From Malacoraja senta (lineage: Eukaryota), in contig CM075996.1 in NCBI GenBank assembly GCA_038087875.1, positions 7,814,001 through 7,878,000 on the forward strand: DNA of 64,000 nt, in the 5' to 3' direction. Shown here one piece after another: positions 51,950 to 64,000 of the stretch. The first letter of the stretch is position 1. Each line of letters begins with the position of its first letter. A model generated the notes under the pieces. The model was given only the letters and a program-made list of their open reading frames with translations, had not been told where the DNA came from and did not search any database. Made by a program: the position numbers and the translations under genes.

Positions 51950-53792
51950 CTCCAAAAGTTGGAGGCAGATTACATCTCTTCTATAACAATTGGAAGAAGA
52001 TTACTTCAGATCCGGTAATTCTGAATAGTATACAAGGATTTTGAATTGAATTCAATCCAAATTATGATTTGCCTGTCCAGCATGTTCCCAGCAGAACTCT
52101 CCACTTTGCACAAAAAGAGGTTCAAACTGCACTAGAAACCCTATTTATAAAAGGTGTTATTGAAGAATCAGTCTACCAAATTCACCAATTTGTGTCAAAT
52201 GTATTCCCTCGATCGAAAAAGGATGGAGGATGTAGGATTATTCTAGACTTGACAAGTCTGAATCCTTTTGTTCAATTTAGACATTTTAAAATGGAGACAT
52301 TTGTGACTGCCAAACAACTTATTTCAGAAGCATGTTATATGGCGACTATAGATTTAAAAGATGCATATTATTCAGTGTCTGTTCACTCGGAAGATAGGAA
52401 GTATCTTAAATTTATATGGATGAACCAGTTATGGCAGTTCAAAGCCCTGCCTAATGGGTTAACGTCCGCTCCCAGAATATTCACAAAATTGTTAAAACCA
52501 ATTCTGGGGTTGCTGAGAAGCCAGGGGCATGTACTAATGGCATACTTGGATGATGCCCTGATTATAGGAAGGACAAAAGAGTCAACAGAAGCATCTGTTG
52601 CAGTTGTGAAATCAACTTTTGAAGGTTTGGGGTTTCTAATTCATCCAAAGAAATCAAGATTAACACCATGTACCTCGATTGATTATTTGGGGTTCACAAT
52701 TGATTCAGTTCAAATGAAAATTACTTTGCCCAGGGAAAAAAGGGCGGAGTTGATTAAAGATTGCAGTAATCTGTTAAACAAGCAAAAACCCTCAATCAGA
52801 CAGGTGGCTCGAGTACTGGGAAAATTAGTAGCTGCATTACCAGCAGTCCAATACGGACCATTACATTATCAACAGCTGCAGAGAGTTAAAGAACAGGCAC
52901 TGAGAATGCAGGCTGGTCATTTTGATAGAACTATGCAACTAACAACAAATGCGGTTTCTGATCTGCAGTGGTGGATTCTACATGTCTCAAGCAGTTCCAG
53001 CAAAGTGCTGATGGAACAACCTTCCATGATATTACAAACTGATGCCAGTGCACTAGGATGGGGTGCAACTGACTTAGCATCTAGCTGCGGAGGCAGATGG
53101 AATCAGGAAGAGTCAGTTACTGCAGACATGGGGGAATTAACTATTTGGAGCTTTTAGGATGTTTCTATGGACTCCAAGCTTACTGTTCTAACACAACTAA
53201 TGTGCATGTTCAAGTTCAAATTGATAACACAACAGCAGTTGCCTATATTAATCATATGGGTGGAATCAAGTCGGTGTCATGTGACTAAATGGCTAATCAA
53301 ATTTGGTCTTGGTGTATTGAAAAGAACATTTGGATTTCAGCTATCCATCTACCAGGTAGATTGATTACGATAGCAGACACCAGGTCACGAAAGTTCCAGG
53401 ATAATAAAGAATGGATGTTGAATCGAGAGGTATTCAATGAGATAGTAATCAGATTTGGAATGCCAGACATCGACTTGTTCGCATCTAGATTGAATCATCA
53501 ACTATCGAGATATGTGTCATGGGAACCAGATCCAGGAGCAGTGGCGATTGATGCTTTCTCGCTAAGTTGGGGTGGTATGTTTGTATATATATTTCCACCT
53601 TTCTGCCTCATAAGCCGATGTTTGCTTAAAATCAGGCAAGATGCTGCTTCAGGGGTACTAGTAGTACCGGATTGGCCTACACAGCCATGGTATCCGTTGA
53701 TATTAGAATTAACGACACAACCGTTGATGAAAGTCCCAAAAAGAAGTAATCTATTGCTGCACCCTGTGACGGGAACAACATCCATTATATGA
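51950..53792 (+). pseudogene. DIRS reverse transcriptase / RNase H / DNA N6-adenine methyltransferase-like ORF (stop codon and frameshifts)
   Basis: VGGRLHLF..W, KKDGGCRIILDL, IDLKDAYY, LPNGLTSAPRIFTK and YLDD (RT); QTDASALGWG, INYLEL and IDNTTAVAYIN (RNase H); DLFASRLN..DAF..YIFPPF (methyltransferase). TGA at 52042-52044, frameshift near 53120, stop at 53286-53288. Confidence 0.92.
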
Positions 53793-53810
53793 TCGTTTGG
53801 ATTTGTTGAT

Positions 53811-54761
53811 TTGCAGGTTTTAAGAAGGCCTTTTCTGTGGCGAGGACTGTCTGAGCGTACTGTGGACATGCTTACGGCAGCCTGGAGGAAGAGCACTCAA
53901 AAACAGTACCTTTCTTATATTAAGAAATGGGAAGAGTTCTGTGTACAAAAGAATGTGGAATATAGTACTGCAGATATTTCAAATGTTTTAGAATTTCTGT
54001 CAAAACTTTATTATGATGAAGGTTTGAGTTATAGTGCAATTAATTCAGCCAGAAGTGCATTGTCCTCATATTTGGTTCTGGATTCAGAAATAAATCCAAT
54101 TGGGTCACACCCACTTGTTTCCAGACTGATGAAAGGAATCTTTAATTCCAAACCTCCAAAACCTAGGTACATGACAATCTGGATGTAAGTGTGGTGCTGA
54201 AGCTACTTCGTGAATGGCCAAGATCAGTATGAAAGTAGTCATGCTTATGGCATTAGTGACAGCACAACGAGTGCAAACACTTGGAAAATTACAAATAGAC
54301 AGAATGGAAGTAACTGAAGACAAGGTTACATTTTATATCTATGACCTACTAAAGCAAAGTAGGCCAGGTGTGACAGGATTTAAAATGGTGTTAGCAGCAT
54401 ATCCAAATGATCCTTGTCTCTGTATTAAGACATATTTGTTACAATACATTAAGGTCACAAAGGGCTTGAGAAATACGGAAACTAGGTTGCTGATCACACA
54501 CAAGAAACCACACAAAAGAGTTTCAGTAGACTATTTCCAGATGGTTAAAAGAAGTATTAACAGCTGCTGGTATTAACACTGGTGTTTACATCTCACTCGA
54601 CTAGGGCAGCAGCAACGTTGGCGGCCAGGGCGAAAGACGTCCCCGTCGACCATATCCTCGCAGCCGCCGGGTGGTCCAATGAGTTGATGTTTCAACAATT
54701 TTACCATCGGCCTATTGTTAATGCGGGATTGTTTGCAGAAACTATTTTAAGTTCCGTATAA
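53811..54761 (+). pseudogene. DIRS tyrosine recombinase ORF (frameshifted)
   Basis: SAINSARSALS, HPLVSRLMKG, LVTAQR, then HSTRAAA...AAGWS...FQQFY (R-HxxR-W-Y catalytic pattern), spread over several frames. Stop TAA at 54759-54761. Confidence 0.9.
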
Positions 54762-55373
54762 ATTCCTCTGGTTTAAAGGGGATCTGATTAAATTTCATTA
54801 TTAAAATAAATGAATTACTGCATTTGTGGTACAAATGTTATTATTAATGCATTATTGATCATTCTCGTTCCGAGTCAATCAATGCAGTGAGAAGCCGGGA
54901 TTGATCTACGGCATGAAATCACAAAGCTTTAAAATCTTCACGTAGTCACTCACGTGACTCCGAAGTAAAATAGTAAGATTAAACGAGAACTTACCTAAGT
55001 TTGAAGTTTGATCTTTATTTTATGAGGAGTTACGTTGGTGATTACGTGCCCACCACGACCCAACCCTCTATCATAAAGGTCAGATGGAAGTTCTTGTATT
55101 ACTCGTTTTATTATGATACTATATTACTTCGCTTGTTGTTTTTTGTGATTTCACACCGCTGCTTTGAAGGTTGACGCGCAGGCGCTCTGGCGGGGTTCTT
55201 CACGTAATCACCAACGTAACACCTCATAAAATAAAGATCAAACTTCAAACTTAGGTAAGTTCTCGTTTAATCTTACTATTTATTGTCTGTTTGTTACATT
55301 TAACTTGCCTGTAAAGCTGAAGAAAGAATTTCATTGTTCCACTGCCAGTGCCTATGACAATTAAACACTCTTA

Positions 55374-56046
55374 TAGACAATAGGCAATAGGTGCAGGAGT
55401 AGGCCATTTGGCCCTTTGAGCCAGCACCGCCATTCAATGTGATCATGGCTGATCATCCCCAATCAGTACCCCGTTCCTGCCTTCTCCCCATATCCCTTGA
55501 CTCCGCTATATTTAAGAGCCCTATCTAGCTCTCTCCTGAAAGTATCTAGAGAACCGGCCTCCACCGCCCTCTGAGGCAGAGAATTCCACAGATTCACAAC
55601 TCTCTGTGTGAAAAAGTGTTTCCTCATCTCCGTTCTAAATGGCTTACCCCTTATTCTTAAACTGTGGCCCCTGGTTCTGGACTCCCCCAACATCAGACAT
55701 GTTTCCTGCTTCTAGCGTGTCCAAACCCTTTATAATCTTATATTTCAATAAAATCCCCTCTCATCCTTCTAAATTCCAGAGTATACAAGTCCAGCCGCTC
55801 CATTCTCTCAGCATATGACAGTTCCGGGAATTAACCTTGTAAACCTACGTTGCACTCCCTCAATAGTAAGAATGTCCTCCCTCAAAACTGCATACAATAC
55901 TCCAGGTGTGGTCTCACTTTGGCCCTGTACAACTGCAGAAGGACCTCTTTGCTCCTATACTCAACTCCTCTTGTTACGAAGGTCAACATGCCATTGGCTT
56001 TCTTTACTGCCTGCTGTACCTGCATGCTTACTTTCATAAACTGATG
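55374..56046 (-). mobile_element. CR1 LINE 3' fragment
   Basis: [39 protein letters not shown] and the CR1 3' UTR. Confidence 0.9.
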
Positions 56047-56624
56047 AACTCTTGACTCTTATTTCCCAAACCGTGCCAGGATGGACAATCGCAGCTAGAA
56101 AAATCTAGACTGGCAGAGAGACACAATATACTGGAGAGTCTATATCTTTGGGATAAACCAGCTTCAGCAGTTCCTTCCTACACAATCAGACTGACCCGGC
56201 CTGTCTTCAGTAATGTGGATTAGGGAGGGGGAAACTACACTAGTTACACCCCAATTCCTATGTACAGACACTTTGCAAGAACAAGGTGGAGTCCCCTATC
56301 ACATAGATGAAAGGCTTATACATTGCCAGAGTTCATACATAATTTCATACATCATACTGTATGCTCAGGAAACAACGAGGACATTAGGTCAAAGGAAAAA
56401 TAACTGCAGCTTCTCTGTAGTTGCCCTTCATTAAGCTTCATGATAAGCTGACAGGCACAGAGCTTTAATGGATATTCTTTAACCCAATTAACCTTCACCT
56501 TAAAATGACAAAGTGCTGGAGTAACTCAGCGAATCAGGCAGCATCTCTGGAGAACATGGATAAGTGATGTTTCAAGTCGGGACACTTCTTCAGAAGAAAA
56601 TTTCACTTGTTCTCCAGAGATGCT

Positions 56625-57077
56625 TAGAAACATATAACATTATAAACATATAAACTTAGAAACATATAAAATTATAAACAGATAAACTTAGAAACATATA
56701 AAATTATACATTTTAAAAGGACTGGACAAGCTAGATGCAGGAAAAATGTTCCCAATGTTGGGCGAGTCCAGAACCAGGGGCCACAGTCTTAGAATAAAGG
56801 GGAGGCCATTTAAGACTGAGGTGAGAAAAAACTTTTTCACCCAGAGAGTTGTGAATTTGTGGAATACCCTGCCATAGAGGGCAGTGGAGGCCAAATCACT
56901 GGATGGATTTAAGAGAGAGTTAGATACAGCTCTAGGGGCTAGTGGAATCAAGGGATATGGAGAGAAGACAGGCACGGGTTATTGATTGGGGACAATCAGC
57001 CATGATCACAATGAAGGGCGGTGCTGGCTCGAAGGGCCGAATGGCCTCCTCCTGCACCTATTTTCTATGTTTCTATG
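56625..57077 (+). mobile_element. CR1 LINE 3' fragment with tandemly repeated 5' junction
   Basis: CR1 3' end. The CTTAGAAACATATAA unit is repeated three times at about 56623-56708. Confidence 0.88.
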
Positions 57078-57466
57078 CTGCCTGAACCACTGAGCTATTC
57101 CAGCACTTTGTGTCTTTTTTTCCGTAAACCAGCAACTGCAGTTCCCTGTGTCTCCGTGTAATCTTTCCCCTTGGTTCCCCCTCCTGCCACTTTAATGCTG
57201 TTGCATGGGTGTCACCAACCTCAGTACAGCTCCAAAGTGAAGAAGCCAAGTTCACTGCAAGCTTTTCTTTCACTGGATCTTCCCAAAGCTGGGAGAGCCT
57301 TTTAATCTAGTGAGTTTATGAGTGTGCTTCCCAAACTGGGAGAGATGCACATCTTCCACAACACTTGGTGCGGCTTCACAATGCTGCACTGCTGAACCTC
57401 TTTAGCACAAAGGTTCTGAGGATAGAATTATAGAACTGGAGCCAAACAACACCCTTAGTTGTCTAA

Positions 57467-58001
57467 AGCCCCTGTCCCACTTACACGACCTAATTGGCGA
57501 CCTCTGCCGAGTTTGCCCTTGACTCATACTCGCAGCATGGTCGCCACAAGGTCGTAGGTCACTCTTCCTCATGCTCGTGAGTGGTCTCCGCGTACTCGTG
57601 GCCTCAAGTAGGTCGCGGCATTTTTTCCAGCCTGATAAAAAATGTCCACGAGTGAAAAAAAGGATGGCATGGAAAAAATGGATACTTTTTACTCGTAGGT
57701 AGGTCGTAGTAGGTCGTGGTGGTAGTCGTAGGTAGTCGTAGATAGTCGTAGGTCGGTAACTGGCCCGAGAAATAAAATGCAAACATGACATCATTTTATC
57801 ATGTGATCAGTTTCCACTCGTAGCTAGTCGTTGTTGGTCTTAGGGGTGGAAGACTGAGGTCGAGGGGGGGTCGTAGGAGGTCGTAGACATAATCGTAGGA
57901 GGTCTTTTACTTCGGCGAGTCAACGCGACCTTGACATTTTTTTCAACTCGTCTAGGGTCTTCTAAACTCGTGGATTAGGTCGTCAAAGTGGGACAGGCCC
58001 T
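57467..58001. mobile_element. PIF/Harbinger-type MITE with GGTCGTA-rich interior
   Basis: TIR AGCCCCTGTCCCACTT...AAGTGGGACAGGCCCT, TAA TSD. Confidence 0.85.
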
Positions 58002-58965
58002 TAAGCACGCTTCTGTTCTGTCTCGACCCGAAACGCCACCCATTCCTTCTATTCAGAGATGCTACCGCTGAGTTACTCCAGCATTTTGTGTCTATCTTCT
58101 GTTAGAAGTGAGTCTGACTCACTCAGGTAGACACTGACCTCTGCAGACGCAGGTGTCTGCTGAGGACGGAGTGAAGGCCCTTCAGCCCAGCCGTATCTGG
58201 TAGGACCAGACCAGGGAGACCCGCGGGGGCTGTCCAGGATAGGAGAACTGGGCCGGACACAAGGTTCGAGAGATTCAAACTTCAGCAATAGACACTGGGC
58301 TCTCCTCCAGCTTGAGCTACTCATTATTAACCCGTTAACGACCCACAGAGAGAGTAATTTTAAGCTAACAAAGCAGCACTGATAGGAAACTACTCCATTT
58401 ATAGGATACCTATCGATCTTGACACATACATTGGAAATGAAAGCAAAGCAACATATAAAAGAGGAGATGGATACAAAATGCTGGAGTAACTCAGCAGGTC
58501 AGGCAGCATCTGTGGAGATCAGTCTGAAGAAGGGTCTCGACCCGAAACGTCACCCATTCCTTCTCCCTAGAGACGCTCCCTGTCCCACTGTTGCTCTGGC
58601 TTTTTGTGTCTGTCTTTGGTTTAAACCAGCATCTGCAGTTCCTCCTCAGACAAAAACTATGTTTTTTTTAAAGAGCAGTTGCCCTGCAGAGTTGGCCATT
58701 GCTGGAGTCGGGCTTCCATCGCAACTATTTAATCAGAAACATGTTGTCGCAAATACGTGGGTTGTGAAGAACATTGATTTTGGGGGTTAGATTGAACTGT
58801 ACCAAACAAACACTATTGTACCACATCATAAACATGGCCACATTGGGTGAAGGAATTCAAACTAAAGAGGCATGAGGTCTTACTCAACAATGAGGAAACA
58901 TTCCGCTGTATATTAATTAATAATACAGCCTTCTGATCGGAGAGAGTAAAGTGAGAGTTACTCAC

Positions 58966-59131
58966 TTGTGCAGCAACACCACATCAGCAAGGACACTGAA
59001 CATCTGATAAATGCCGGAGGCCTCGTTGATGCGCTTGGTGATCACGTTGGTGAGCTGGGAAACGGGCAGGACAGTTGCCGGCCAGTGGACACCATGGTGG
59101 CGATGCTCCAGCAGACGGTGAACTGCACGGG
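58966..59131 (-). CDS. FOXRED2: FOXRED2 internal coding exon, 166 nt
   Basis: Translates to [55 protein letters not shown]. Acceptor gtttccaccag, donor AA|GTGAGT. Phase 1 to 2 joins in frame with both neighbours. Confidence 0.95.
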
Positions 59132-61385
59132 CTGGTGGAAACAAACAGAAACACAGGGTCTTACAAGGGCACCGTAACTAACATGGCACGGTGGCGCAAC
59201 GGTAGCGTTTACAGCGCCAGAGAACCGGGTTCGATCCTGACGGTCGAAGCTGCCGAAGCTGCCGCCCTCCAGTCCAGCGGACGCAGCTGTTGTTGCGGGA
59301 GCTACGGAAAAACAGGTCACCAACCTGTGACCTGCGAGCTCCCGACGATGTCGTCCACTGGCCCTCGCCGAGCCTCCGAGGCTCCGAAGTCGGGTCGGAA
59401 GTCGGGTCGCAATGCCACCACAGCCCCGAAGTCGGCCAGCCCCGCGCTGGCAAGTCCCGGCTGGCTCTGCCTCCCGAGCCCCAAGGTCGGTCCCAGATGG
59501 AGGCTGCCAGCTCCGCGATAGGCCTCAGCGGAGACAGAGACGGGGGATACGGCAAGAAAGGTCGCATCCCCCCCCGAAGGAAGAGCCAAAAAACATGCTT
59601 CTCCCACCCCCCCACACAAACACAAATAAAATAAACCAAAACAAACCGCAACAACGGGACAAAAGAAAACAAAAAAAGAAAAGACAAACGGACTGCAGGC
59701 GAGCCGCAGCTGCAAGGCAGCGCCGCCACTTCAGTTTGTAGGTTAATTGGCTTCAGTAAGTTGTAAAAATTGTTCTAGTGTGTACAGGGTGATCACTGGT
59801 CGACACGGACTCAGTGCTGTACATCGAACGTCTAAAGGCAAACAAACATCACGTCTATGACAGTGATTGGGGAGTTTAACATTATTTTTTAAGTGTTATG
59901 GGGCTGTTCTCAGGTAACTGAACCATCCTATCATCAACTAGAGAGAGGTTTTGGCCTACCATCTACCTCATTGGAGACCCTCAGACTATCTTTAATCGAC
60001 CCTCAGACTATCTTTAATCAGACTTTACTTGATTTTATCTTGCACTAAACGTTATTCCCTTCATCCTGTATCTGTAAACAGTGGACGGCTTGATTGCAAT
60101 CATGTATAATTTTTTCGCTGACTGGATAGCACGTAACAAAAAAGCTTTTCACTGTACCTCGGTACACGTGACAATAAACTAAACTCAACTGAACTGAACA
60201 CCTGTGACTTCCTTGGTGAGGGTACCCATTCGATTAACGTCACAGATCTCACTGCATATACCAGAACATCTGGTAAAAACTTGCAGCCGCTGCCTGACTT
60301 TCACACGTTTTTGTCCCAAGGTGCTTGCTCTGATAGAAGAACCAGGAACTTCACTGCAGGTCGTATGACCTAGCTAAAGCAGAAATATAGAGAAGTTACA
60401 AATTGCTTTACTAGTCACCCATAGCATTCTCTCCTCCTCCCCCCGCCCCTCCCTGTTCCATTGTTCTGGGAAGAAAACTAGCACAAAATTACTTTATGGT
60501 CTTCTGAACCTAAAAACAAATTGCTTGATCGCCCAAGCATAAATCGAACGACCTTAGGGAAATCTGGTTCTCAGCACTCAAGTCTGCTGCTGCACAACTA
60601 AAAGTCAAAGAAGATATATAAATCGGGGCAGACAATAGACAATAGGTGCAGGAGTAGCCATTCGGCCCTTCGAGCCAGCACCGCCATTTAATGTGATCAT
60701 AGCTGATCTTCCCCAATCAGTACCCCGTTCTCCCCATATCCCCCGACTCCGCTATCTTTAAGAGCCCTATCTAGCTCTCTCTTGAAAGCATCCAGAGAAC
60801 CGGCCTCCACCGCCCTCTGAGGCAGAGAATTCCACAGACACACAACTCTCTGTGAGTTTATACGCTTGATTCTAACTTTATTAACTTTAATATATAATTC
60901 AGGCCAAGACCTTGCCTTGGCTGAGCAGTGGAGTAGCCTTTGTTAGAGGTTCTTTGCTGATCCAGTGATGCAACATCAGACCTGGGCCAAGATGTCTAAA
61001 AGCTATTAGTGGAGAAGATAAAGCACATTCGGCCTTTTTGTTGGTCTCGGTCCAGTAACCCATTTGATTGTCATGAGCCATTTTTCTGCCTCGCTTACTT
61101 AATATTAGATTATCTCTCTACCCAGAGTTAAGACAGATGAGGTAAATCATTTAAGATCAAACTGTAGGTTGGCAACACAGAGTGCAGAGCGAACCGAACG
61201 TGATGCAAGCTGGGATAAAAGTCGCAGAGCTTCAGTAGGAGAAGTATACTAAATATGCAAGATAACAGGCGGGCCCAGACAGCATTCCAACAGCATCGGT
61301 TTTTATCTGATTCTCAACCAAGATAAACAGGACGGTTTCTGAAGCAACAAGTGCTGCAATAACTGCAAGAAGTGACACAATATAT

Positions 61386-61569
61386 TGGCCCTGTCCCACG
61401 GTACGAGTTCATTCCAAGAGCTCTCCCGAGTTTAAAAAAAATCAAACTCGTGGTAAGCACGGAGAATGAACGTACCCGCTATTAGCGGCCATTACCGTAA
61501 ATCTCAGAGTTCAAATCAGGGCGAACTCGGGAGAGTTCTTGAATGAACTTGTACAGTGGGACAGGGCCA
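61386..61569. mobile_element. PIF/Harbinger-type MITE (short, largely palindromic)
   Basis: TGGCCCTGTCCCACGGTACGAGTTCATTC...GAATGAACTTGTACAGTGGGACAGGGCCA. Confidence 0.8.
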
Positions 61570-62341
61570 TAAGGCAGCATTGATACGCAGCAGCAGAGTG
61601 CACACCCAAGTTCAGTTCTGTTCAAGAGGAAACCCTCCAACTAATGTGAAAAATCTCAGGGCCAGAGCAGATTCTTTGTATCCAGTGCACGAGATGACAC
61701 GACAATTCAAAAGTAGCTGACTTGGACCAAGCAGGGGGTTCATTAGTGAGGTCTGTCTCCGAATCCCTATTGACCTTCATTGGAAACTATCTTGGGCTGG
61801 CACTGAACTTTACAGCAATTGGAAAATCACGACAAGGACACCGGTCGTCATGGCAAATTTCAGGGTGCTTTCTAAACGTATTATAAAGATTGGGGAAAGC
61901 GAATAAAATTGGGAGTCCTTGAATCTTCTTCTTATTATTATTTTGAGTGGGAGATTGCAACCTTCACGTGGTCCACCCTGTTTCGACGAATGCAATCAAC
62001 CTGGCGTGCACAAACAGAAGATCAAACAGAACAAGTTGTCTTACAACTTTAGGCTGGGCAGCATCTCTGGAGAGAAGGAATGGGTGATGTTTCTGGTCGA
62101 GACCCTTCTTCAGATTTATGTAACACCTTCTGTAACCTTAGGATGTTTAATTTAGAGATACAGTTGGAAACGGGCCCATGTGCCCACCGAGTCCACGCCG
62201 ACCTGTGATTCCCCCATACACTAGCACTATTCTACACACTATGGACAATTTACAATCTTTACCAAAGCCAATTAACCTTCAAACTCTTTGGAGTGTGGGA
62301 GGAAACCGGAGCACCCGGAGAAAACCCACGCAGTCACAGGG

Positions 62342-62651
62342 TTAAACGAAATTGTCTTCAGTTGTCGCCGACAGGGTCGTTGCTTGTCGTAGCTTGTCGC
62401 AGGTGGACGTAGGTTGACTTTGGTTGTCGTAGGTTGTCACCTGTGTGGTCGTAAGTGTGGTCGTAGGTGGACGCCCTAAGTCACAATGATTGGGTCGCCA
62501 GTTGTCGGTAGCTTGCCGTACCTTGACGTCGACTAGGTGGTAGGTCGTCGTAGACATTGTCGTAGTGGGGGTGTCCAGTCGCCGCTTTTTCGGTGACCTG
62601 CTACAACTGTGACAGTCGACGGAAAAAATCGCCTAAGTGGGACAGGTCCTT
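62342..62651. mobile_element. Truncated PIF/Harbinger-type MITE (right end only)
   Basis: Ends AAGTGGGACAGGTCCTT and has a GTCGTAG-rich interior like 57467-58001. Confidence 0.65.
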
Positions 62652-63042
62652 TAAGTATTCACTTTATCCTGTATATTCCCTTTACCCTGTATATTTCCTT
62701 TAACATGTATATTCCCACTGTGGATGGCTCGATTGTAATCCTGTATAGACTTTCTGATGACTGGTTAGCACGCAACAAAAAAGCTTTACACTGTACCTCG
62801 GTACACATGACAATGAACTAAACTAAACTAAACTAAACTAAATGTATTAGAAAATATGTTAGGGGAAACTAGAGAGGTAAGAAGGCGATAAAGGTGTATT
62901 AAGGTCTGCCTATGGGGTGCAATGAGCAGTGTAAACACTGACGGAGGCCAGCTGGATGAATGGTTCTGTTTCTATGCTGCCAACACAATGAAACGTTACC
63001 CATTATTTCAGTTCAGATGCTGCAGCCAGCCCTGATACTCAC

Positions 63043-63209
63043 CCGTGTAACGAAACCCATGGATAAAGCCGCCGGCTGCCTTCCTGTAATCAACGGAATG
63101 ACTTGCTGTCCCGATAATGAACATCCCTGGAAGGTTTACTGCTTCATAGGTGGCTTTGACCAGTGGGTACTTATCCATGCGACCTCGACCTCTCTGAGGC
63201 ATAGCAACA
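63043..63209 (-). CDS. FOXRED2: FOXRED2 (FAD-dependent oxidoreductase domain containing 2 / ERFAD) internal coding exon, 167 nt; upstream exons lie beyond the window end
   Basis: Translates to [55 protein letters not shown], matching the vertebrate FOXRED2 motif [23 protein letters not shown] as I recall it. Acceptor cttcccaacag, donor G|GTGAGT, ends in phase 1. Confidence 0.95.
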
Positions 63210-64000
63210 CTGTTGGGAAGAGCATAGTTGAAGAAATGAATGCTTTTTATTTTCTCTTCAACAATTAAGGGTCAGCACAATGCAATCAATCGATCAGATT
63301 TATTCATCACATATACATATAAGTGCAGTGAAATGAATTTGCCAGCAGCGGTACAATAAAAAAAAGAACACATAATACACAATATAAATTTAACACAGAC
63401 ATCCACCACAGCATTCTTCACTGTGGTGGAAGGCACAAAGTACAGTCGGTCCTCCTCCATTGTTCCCCCGTGGTCGGGGCCATAAACCTCCGCAGTCGCC
63501 GCTGCGGGCGGCCAGATGTACAGGCCCTCTCGTCAGGACGGTCGAACACACTCTGCGGCTCGGAAGTCCCGAATCGGCGCTTCCCTACCGGAGACCGCGG
63601 ATTCAGGATGTTGTAGGCCGCGGGCCGGCAGTCGGAGCTCTTCTCCGGGGATCCCCGGCGTGGTAAGTTCTCGCCGCTCCTAAGTGCCAGAGACCTGAGT
63701 TCACTCCAAACCTCGGGGCTGTCTGTGTGGAGTGTTTGGTGCTCCAGTTTCCACCCACCTCTCCAAAAAACGAGCAGATTAATAGATTAAGAATGTGAGC
63801 CAGTGGTGGGATCTGGGGAAGCTTAGTTTAGTTTAGAGATATAGTGCAGAAACAGGCCCTTCGGGCCACAGACTCCGCGCCGACCAGCGACCCCCTCACT
63901 TTAACACCATCCGACACACACTTGGGACAATTTACAATTTTACCAAGCCGATTAATCTACAAACCTGTACGTCTTTGGAGTGTGGGAGGAAACCGGAGTT

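Larger units (their letters stand above)
50557..55281 (+). mobile_element. DIRS1-type tyrosine-recombinase retrotransposon, structurally full length, coding regions degraded
   Basis: Left terminus TTTTACTTCGGAGTCACGTGAGTGACTACGTGAAGAACCCCGCCAGAGCGCCTGCGC (50557-50613) and right inverted terminus 55176-55281. An internal complementary region (54935-55048) is complementary to both termini. Gag, RT, RNase H, methyltransferase and YR coding remnants lie between. Confidence 0.95.

Overview
Repeat-dense vertebrate genomic DNA. The repeat content (HE1/V-SINE-like SINEs, abundant CR1 LINEs, Penelope fragments) points to a cartilaginous fish, probably a skate or ray; this is inference. The only host gene I can identify is the 3' half of FOXRED2 on the minus strand: five coding exons between 63209 and 39430, all with GT-AG boundaries and consistent phases. 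Its last exon stops at a TAG, after which the frame stays open for 122 more codons. One FOXRED2 intron holds a structurally complete but mutated DIRS1 tyrosine-recombinase retrotransposon (about 50557-55281), and another holds an internally deleted IR/DR-type Tc1 transposon (45900-47298). The rest of the window contains CR1, L2, L1/Tx1 and I-group LINE fragments, Penelope fragments and Penelope-derived fold-back elements carrying minimal hammerhead ribozyme cores, PIF/Harbinger and hAT MITEs, non-autonomous Helitrons, an unclassified GC-rich TIR element, and a roughly 2.4 kb compound alternating purine-pyrimidine microsatellite. There are no prokaryotic features such as CRISPR arrays or operons. 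I cannot support a wholly new biological system; the best leads are given as findings.
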